64,000 bases of DNA from NCBI GenBank assembly GCA_963696385.1, contig CAVOKF010000006.1:416001-480000 (forward strand). The letters run 5' to 3'. A program made the position numbers and the translations under genes. Source of the DNA: an uncultured delta proteobacterium. GTDB lineage: Bacteria; Myxococcota_A; Polyangia; Polyangiales; Polyangiaceae. A model generated the notes under the pieces. The model saw nothing but the letters and a program-made list of their open reading frames with translations, was not told the origin of the DNA and did no database searches. Shown piece by piece: positions 58,121 through 64,000 of this stretch. The first letter of the stretch is position 1, and each line of letters opens with the position of its first letter.

Positions 58121-58171
58121 TCGCGTTCGAGGTCGCGTCGCGTTCGAGGTCGCGTCGCGTTCGAGGTCGCG
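58121..58171. repeat. Perfect 17-bp tandem repeat x3 (TCGCGTTCGAGGTCGCG)
   Basis: Read directly. Confidence 0.9.
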
Positions 58172-58216
58172 GTTAGCCCGCGAGGGCTATCGCCCGCCGC
58201 CGCGCGGAGATCCGCC

Positions 58217-59995
58217 TCAGGGCCACGGATTGTCGCGTTCGAGACTGACCTTCGGCTTGGTGGTCGGAGAGCGGAAGACGTTCGGGGCCTCGGTCGCGCT
58301 CGGGGCGGCTGCGGCCCCCGATGCATCGACGGAAGCCGTGGGCGGCTCGGTGGCGACGGGCGGGTGCGCGCCCGGTGCCGCGCGCGTGGCTTCGTGGCGA
58401 CCCGCGCCCGGCAAGGACGCGGACCCGGCATGAAGGCTCTCGGACCTGCGGGCCACTCCGCTGGCGTTCGGCGGCTCCGCCGATGGGGTCGCCGCGACGG
58501 GCGGAGACACCAGCGTGGCGGCGGCCGTGGCCCCGGGGGCCGAAACGGCAGCGGTCATCGCGCCCGGGGCCGCGGGGCGGGCCGCTCCGGCCGCGGCCTG
58601 GGTTGGGGCGTGAGGTTCCGGCGCGCCCGAATTGGCAGGGTGCGAGGACATGGCGCGCGTGCCCAGGACCGCGATACCCGCGATGGCCGTCGCGCCCAGC
58701 AGCCCCACGGTCGCCATCCGGGCTCGTGATCGAAGCTCGATCCTCCGAGCGTCGGTCGTGCGGGGCACGTCGTCCGTTACGCCGGTCAGCCCCGTCTTGC
58801 TCGACCTTTCGGACCGAGGGGGCTCCACGGCTGCGGCGGCGGCGCCGTCCGAGGCGCCCGGGGGGTCGAGTGTCGACCAATCCTCCTGGAATGCGGAGTC
58901 CGTCCCTCGAGGCGGGTGAACGGTGGGCAGACTCAGCGACGGTGGCGTCGGACGCCCGCTCTCCATGGCTCGGAACTGCGCTTCGATCACGTTCCGGACG
59001 CGCTTTCGATCCTCGGAAAACACCGACGAGAGCATCGTGCCCAGGTCGCGAAGCGATGCCGACTCGATCTTGGCCAACACGCCGTCGAGAGCGCCACGCA
59101 TCTCGGCGGCGGTCTGAAATCGGTCTTCCGGTTTGGGGGCGAGGGCTTTCAGGACGATGTCGTCGATCTCCGCGGGAAACCCCAACGCGGCCGCGTCGGT
59201 GCGCTCGGGCATTTCTCCGGACGCGACGCGCGTAAATACCGCGGCGTCCGAGAGTCCGGCGGGCCAGCGCCTCCGGCCAGTCAAGGCCTCCCAGAGCATG
59301 ACCCCGACCGCGTAGAGGTCCGCCCGAGCGTCAATCTTGTCGCACATGGCTTGCTCGGGTGCCATGTACGTGAGCTTGCCCTTGATCACTCCGGTCGCTG
59401 TCTGGACCGAGGACGTCGCCGCCTTGGCGATCCCGAAGTCGAGCAACTTCACCTGACCGTCGTACGTGACGAAGATGTTGTGCGGCGTCACGTCGCGGTG
59501 GACGATGTCCAATCTCTTGCCGTCGTAATCTTGTAACTCGTGGGCGTAGCGAAGGCCCTCGAGCACTTCGCTCAGGATCCGCGCGCGGATCGGGAACGGG
59601 AAGGGGACGCCGGTCTTGGTCAGTCGCTGCACAGCCGTGTAGAGCGACACGCCGTCCAGGTACTCCATCGCCATCAAATACTGGCCGTCGTCGACCCCGA
59701 CGTCGTACGTCTGCACGATGTTCGGGTGATTGAGGCGCGCACAGAGCCGCGCCTCGTCGAGAAACATCTGAATCAGGTCGGGGTCGCTCGCGTATTGGGG
59801 TCGTATGAGCTTTACGACAGCCAGCTTTCGGAAGCCGGATGACCCCAGGGCGACAGCCAGGTACACAGTGGCCATTCCGCCCTGTCCCAGCTCCGCGATG
59901 AGGCGATATTTGCCCGCGAGATCCACCGATCCTCCGAGGGTTTTTCCGCTCGGCTCCAACAAAGACTCATAGCACTCCGAGGGGGGCCTAGCCAT
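58217..59995 (-). CDS. Hanks-type Ser/Thr protein kinase, membrane-spanning
   Basis: LGQGGMATV, VVK, HRDVTPHN, DFG, YMAPE, DLYAVG; TM and Pro/Ala-rich tail ending NPWP. Confidence 0.95.
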   Translation of the reverse strand: MARPPSECYESLLEPSGKTLGGSVDLAGKYRLIAELGQGGMATVYLAVALGSSGFRKLAVVKLIRPQYASDPDLIQMFLDEARLCARLNHPNIVQTYDVGVDDGQYLMAMEYLDGVSLYTAVQRLTKTGVPFPFPIRARILSEVLEGLRYAHELQDYDGKRLDIVHRDVTPHNIFVTYDGQVKLLDFGIAKAATSSVQTATGVIKGKLTYMAPEQAMCDKIDARADLYAVGVMLWEALTGRRRWPAGLSDAAVFTRVASGEMPERTDAAALGFPAEIDDIVLKALAPKPEDRFQTAAEMRGALDGVLAKIESASLRDLGTMLSSVFSEDRKRVRNVIEAQFRAMESGRPTPPSLSLPTVHPPRGTDSAFQEDWSTLDPPGASDGAAAAAVEPPRSERSSKTGLTGVTDDVPRTTDARRIELRSRARMATVGLLGATAIAGIAVLGTRAMSSHPANSGAPEPHAPTQAAAGAARPAAPGAMTAAVSAPGATAAATLVSPPVAATPSAEPPNASGVARRSESLHAGSASLPGAGRHEATRAAPGAHPPVATEPPTASVDASGAAAAPSATEAPNVFRSPTTKPKVSLERDNPWP

Positions 59996-60422
59996 CGCGT
60001 TTTCGAATGCGCCTCGCCCTCGAGCGGCGCCCGAATTTGTGTCGGCTTCTGTCGGCTCTGTCGGCGCGCCCGTCGTTCGGAGTTGTCTCGGATCGCTCGC
60101 GGATCGCTCGCGGGTCTCCGTCGTTTCCTACTCGTGAACCCGTCGCGGGGACTTACCCCCTTATTTCCCTACGCGTTGCCTTCGCGGCGCATCGGCGCGC
60201 ACGTGGCAGGCCGCTGCCGAAAGCCGGAGAACGGCGGTGGCTCTGGGCGGAAGTAGGCAATGTTCGTACGGAATGATGCTTAGCCAAAAACCTTAACTCG
60301 GCTTCGAACGAGACCGTTTGACGTTGGAAGTGATTCTGGCGTTTCCGCTCGGTCGAATCGTTTTTGCGTGACAAGGCGATGAGCGCCACATAGTTTGAAA
60401 AACTTCTACGCATAAGGGACGA

Positions 60423-61451
60423 ATGAAAAAGAATCGACTCGCTGTTCGTGGCGCGGTTTTGACCGCGTGTGCAGGACTCCTCGGTGGCCTCCTCGCGTGC
60501 TCGGGTGACGACACCACGACGCCCGCGCCGACCCCGGACGCAGGAGCCGACGGCTCCCACACCGTCGCCGACGCCGGCGATGCGTCGACCGCCAACGAGG
60601 CCTCGACCTCGGACGGTTCATTGGCCGACGGGTCGGTCACGGACGCCGACTCCTCGACCGATGGTTCGACGGCGGAAGCCTCGGCGACGGACGGTTCGAC
60701 CGACGGTTCGTCGCACGATGGTTCGCATGATGGCTCATCGACGGACGGATCGTCGACCGATGGCTCCGTGACGGACGCCTCGTCGACGGATGGCTCGTCG
60801 ACCGATGGCTCTGCGACGGACGGGGAGTCCGATGCGTCGATGGGCAGCGACTCCGGAACGAACGACAGCGGCGATGGCGCGCTGGCCGATGCCGCCGCGG
60901 ACGTCATGACCCCGCCACCGGCGCCGGTAGACCTGTGTCCGACGCTGCAGGCCATCTGGGGCAATCTCCCACTCAACCAAAATAGCAACTGGCCGGCCGA
61001 GATTTTGGTCGGCCCCCCGAGCACGCCAGGCGTAACGGGATTTGCGTATCAACAGGAATGTGCTCTCTACTATTTTCCCCCCGCAACGATCGATTTTGGA
61101 AATTGGGTCAATCAAATGACCGCCTTCGAATATCAAATATTCGGATGCCCCGAGGACGATGCGGGAATCACCTTCGGCCTCATTCCGGCCGAGCTCCAAG
61201 GAACACTGCTCACGACGGCGCAGCTTGCGCTCATCGGAGACACGTTTGTCCAGTCGGTCTCTCAGGCGGTCGCCAATGAGAATGGATTGCTCACGCCGGC
61301 CCAAAGCGCTGAAATTGCAGCCCAAGTCGCGTACGCAGAGACGACCTGGTCACCCCAAGTCAACTCGTCGGAGAACGATTTTTCGAATTGCTCCGAGGCG
61401 GGGACCGAGGCCGGGGCCGAGGCCGGAACCGACGCGGGCGGCAGCGACTGA
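60423..61451 (+). CDS. Lipoprotein with (S/T)DGS repeat stalk and helical C-terminal domain
   Basis: Lipobox LLAC; DGSST repeats; EAGT tail. Confidence 0.75.
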   Translation: MKKNRLAVRGAVLTACAGLLGGLLACSGDDTTTPAPTPDAGADGSHTVADAGDASTANEASTSDGSLADGSVTDADSSTDGSTAEASATDGSTDGSSHDGSHDGSSTDGSSTDGSVTDASSTDGSSTDGSATDGESDASMGSDSGTNDSGDGALADAAADVMTPPPAPVDLCPTLQAIWGNLPLNQNSNWPAEILVGPPSTPGVTGFAYQQECALYYFPPATIDFGNWVNQMTAFEYQIFGCPEDDAGITFGLIPAELQGTLLTTAQLALIGDTFVQSVSQAVANENGLLTPAQSAEIAAQVAYAETTWSPQVNSSENDFSNCSEAGTEAGAEAGTDAGGSD

Positions 61452-61457
61452 GCCCCG

Positions 61458-63437
61458 ATGGTCAAGGACGATAGCCGGTCCCGGGCGAAATACATCATTT
61501 CCTTTGCAGCCGCGGCCCTGTGCGGCGGCTGCTCGCTCTTGTTCCATGTCGATGCCGATCAGTGTTCGACGGCGGCCGATTGCGCCGCGCGCGGGCAGGC
61601 CTTCGCCGGCCTCGTTTGCGTGGCGGGGGAGTGCGTGTCTCCGGTGGGCGATGCCGGGTCCTCGGCGACGTCGTCGGCCTTGGAATCGGGCGTCGACGCA
61701 AGCGCCGAAGCGAGCAGGGCTTCCGACGCCGGTGTCGAGGCGGGCATCGACGGAGCCGCCACCACCCCCGAGGCCGGGTCGGATGCGGGCGAGGCCCAAC
61801 CGTGCACGACGTGGACCGATTGCACGCCCGCGAGCACGACGCACGTCGAAGTGGCCTGCAATCCCGACTCCCATACGTGCATTCAGCTCACGACCGACGA
61901 GTGCCCCTATGTGCTCCCCGCCGACATCTACATGGCACCGCAGGGCCAGGCCCCGATTTTCATGGGCGCTTTCGCCACATTTCCGGCCAACGCGCCGTTC
62001 AGTGATGCGACCTATCTCAATTATCAATTGGCGCTGAACGAGTTCCAGACCGCCGGGGGTATCAATGCAGGGTCGGGAGGGGCGCGCTGGCCCGCCGCGG
62101 TCGTCTGCGACGATTCGGCGGATCCGAACGTGATCATGACCCACCTCGTCAACGACGTTCACGTTCCGGCCGTCATCGCGGCGCTGCCCTCCGCCACGCT
62201 CAAGACGACCTTCTCGAACGTCGACCTCACGAACGTGCCCAACGCCCCGACGGTCTTCTTCATCAATCCCTTCGGTGCCGACGGAACGCTCACGTCGTTG
62301 GACACTCAAGGCATGCTCTGGCACATGCTCGGCCAATCCAGCGACACGGCCCCGGCATACGCCGCATTCTTTCCGCTCGTGGAAGCGTACGTGCGCAACA
62401 ACCCGAACAACATTCCAGCGTGGAACCAGTGGAATCTTTCGCCCGCGGCCTCGCTCAAGGACGCCGGCACGGATGCGGGCCCCGTGCCGATCCGCGTTGC
62501 GGGCGTCATTGCGCACGCCACGGTCACCGATCAGCTCGAAGAGGCCGTCGAAAGCGTTTTGACGTTCAATGGCGAGTCGGTCGCGGCCAACACGGCGGAC
62601 GGCAACTACCAGGTGTGCGTCCTTCCGGCGTCCTCGCTCAACGGGGCCGACCCGACCAAGGTCGACGTCTCCGCATGCGTCAGCGCATTGATGGCGTTTC
62701 AACCCAACGTCGTCATCTCGTACGCGAGCGAAGAATTCAGCACGATGTTTCAAACGTACGAAGTCGAAACGCAAGCGCAGTGGCATCCGTTCTATTTGCT
62801 TGGCCCCTACAATTCCGAGTCGACGACCGTGCTTCAGTGGCTCAACGAAAACCAAGGGGTCGGTTCGGACCGGTTCGCTGGGATCACCTTCGCCTCGACC
62901 AACGATCCCGCGTCCCTTGGTGTGTTCAACACGTACCAGACCGACTTCTTGGCTGCGGGCAACCCTCAGGCGGCACTCGGTGGCGAGAATTACTACGACT
63001 CGATGTATTTTGCCGTGTACTCGCTCGCCGGCGCCGGACGAGAGGCGCACCCGACGGGCCTCGACCTCGTGCCTGGAATGAGGAATCTCGTCGACTTGTC
63101 GGGGACGCATCTCGACATGGGGCCGGCGGATATCGGCACAGTCGAAGCCCAAATCGCCCTCACGAATCAGCCCGTGAGTCTGATCGGCACGCTCGGCCCG
63201 CCCGACTTCAACCTGACCACGGGCGCGCGCATCAGTCAGGGCGATGTCTACTGCGCGCAGTTTGCCCCCACGCCCAGCCCCGGTTACGCCTGGGTGCGCG
63301 ACGTGTTGCGGCTGGCCGCTGACGGCGGATCCCCGGACGACGGCGGTGTCGCCGCCGACGCGAGCGTCGCGCCCGACGGCGCCACCGGCACGGTCGGTAC
63401 CCTCCAAGGGAGCTTCCCGTGTTTTGGCGGCATGTAG
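61458..63437 (+). CDS. Cys-rich lipoprotein with type 1 periplasmic-binding-protein-like domain
   Basis: Lipobox GGC; Cys modules; LALNEF..AGGI, VVCDD, VPAVI, YYDSMY. Confidence 0.6.
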   Translation: MVKDDSRSRAKYIISFAAAALCGGCSLLFHVDADQCSTAADCAARGQAFAGLVCVAGECVSPVGDAGSSATSSALESGVDASAEASRASDAGVEAGIDGAATTPEAGSDAGEAQPCTTWTDCTPASTTHVEVACNPDSHTCIQLTTDECPYVLPADIYMAPQGQAPIFMGAFATFPANAPFSDATYLNYQLALNEFQTAGGINAGSGGARWPAAVVCDDSADPNVIMTHLVNDVHVPAVIAALPSATLKTTFSNVDLTNVPNAPTVFFINPFGADGTLTSLDTQGMLWHMLGQSSDTAPAYAAFFPLVEAYVRNNPNNIPAWNQWNLSPAASLKDAGTDAGPVPIRVAGVIAHATVTDQLEEAVESVLTFNGESVAANTADGNYQVCVLPASSLNGADPTKVDVSACVSALMAFQPNVVISYASEEFSTMFQTYEVETQAQWHPFYLLGPYNSESTTVLQWLNENQGVGSDRFAGITFASTNDPASLGVFNTYQTDFLAAGNPQAALGGENYYDSMYFAVYSLAGAGREAHPTGLDLVPGMRNLVDLSGTHLDMGPADIGTVEAQIALTNQPVSLIGTLGPPDFNLTTGARISQGDVYCAQFAPTPSPGYAWVRDVLRLAADGGSPDDGGVAADASVAPDGATGTVGTLQGSFPCFGGM

Positions 63438-64000
63438 GCGCGAGTCCCGGCGCGCGGGCCGGTGTCGTCGCGCTGTGCGGAATGGCGCTCCCGCAGTGCG
63501 GTGGCAGCCCCGAAACCCGTCCCGTCGGCCGTTCGTCTCAGGCCATTCTCGGCGGCACCGTCGTCGATGCGGCGCAGTCGCCGTTTCTCTACATCGAAGG
63601 GCCCGAGGGCGCTTGTACGGGCACGTTGATTGGGCCGGCGCTCGTCGCCACGGCGCGGCACTGCGTCGCGGAATTGAGCGAGGGCACGTTTTCTTGCGAC
63701 GCGTCGGGAAACCTGATCGGCGGGGGGATCGGCGGCCAGATCGGGATTGACAACTCGCCGGGGGCGATTTCGTTCTACCTGTCGTCCGAGGTCGTTGCGG
63801 GACAGCCGCTCGGCCCGCCGCAAGCGGTCGGCCTCCAGATCCTTTCGACCCAGACGCCTACGGTGTGCGCCGACGATCTGGCGTTCGTCGTGCTGAACCA
63901 AGGCATCCCGGGCATCGCGCCGGCGCCGATCCGGCTCGGCGGCACGCAGGTCGGCGAGACCGTCTCGGTCTGGGGCTACGGGCTGACCGATCAGCCGGAG
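63419..64000 (+). CDS. Trypsin-like (S1) serine protease, exported, 3' partial
   Basis: Not in the ORF track (no stop in window). Hand translation: SQAILGG, CTGTLI, TARHC, DDLA, VWGYG. Start GTG 63419 or ATG 63482. Confidence 0.85.
   Translation, partial: MFWRHVGASPGARAGVVALCGMALPQCGGSPETRPVGRSSQAILGGTVVDAAQSPFLYIEGPEGACTGTLIGPALVATARHCVAELSEGTFSCDASGNLIGGGIGGQIGIDNSPGAISFYLSSEVVAGQPLGPPQAVGLQILSTQTPTVCADDLAFVVLNQGIPGIAPAPIRLGGTQVGETVSVWGYGLTDQPE

Noticed and set aside
25139..58171. Repeats at 25.1, 31.3, 51.7 and 58.1 kb as CRISPR arrays
   Set aside because: No constant repeat with unique spacers and no cas genes.
58217..59995. Kinase as T6SS PpkA
   Set aside because: About 7 kb from the cluster, generic myxobacterial architecture, and no pppA nearby.

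Overview
High-GC bacterial DNA. MYXO-CTERM-like anchoring, Cys- and DAG-rich lipoproteins, a sigma54 activator and a Hanks-type kinase point to Myxococcota, probably Polyangiaceae-like (inference). In order: (1) 1-14.4 kb, a hemicellulose-utilisation-like locus with two paralogous unannotated beta-barrel-like proteins ending in -WW, three non-catalytic CBM-like lipoproteins, GH44, GH30, a frameshifted GH43, a Zn-dehydrogenase and a sugar-lactonase-like amidohydrolase. (2) 14.8-26.3 kb, a TolC/HlyD/ABC exporter, USP, globin-coupled histidine kinase, NtrC-type activator, CBS proteins, an eRF1-like protein and a desaturase, with three sigma54-type promoters. (3) An XPB-like helicase and a DUF790/Bax1-like nuclease. 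(4) Three unknown lipoproteins next to a type VI secretion cluster (tagH, tssMLK, hcp, tssABCEFGH) that has a membrane-anchored lytic transglycosylase but no tssJ, vgrG or PAAR. (5) An FHA regulator, two GT-C-like membrane proteins, btaAB, a Ser/Thr kinase, secreted lipoproteins and a partial trypsin-like protease. Four single-base frameshifts all lie at or beside GATC and are probably sequencing errors. Best candidates for undescribed systems: the SusC/D-free glycan locus, the DAG motif in exported proteins, and the tssJ-less T6SS with accessory lipoproteins. All calls come from motif recognition by eye; no searches were run.
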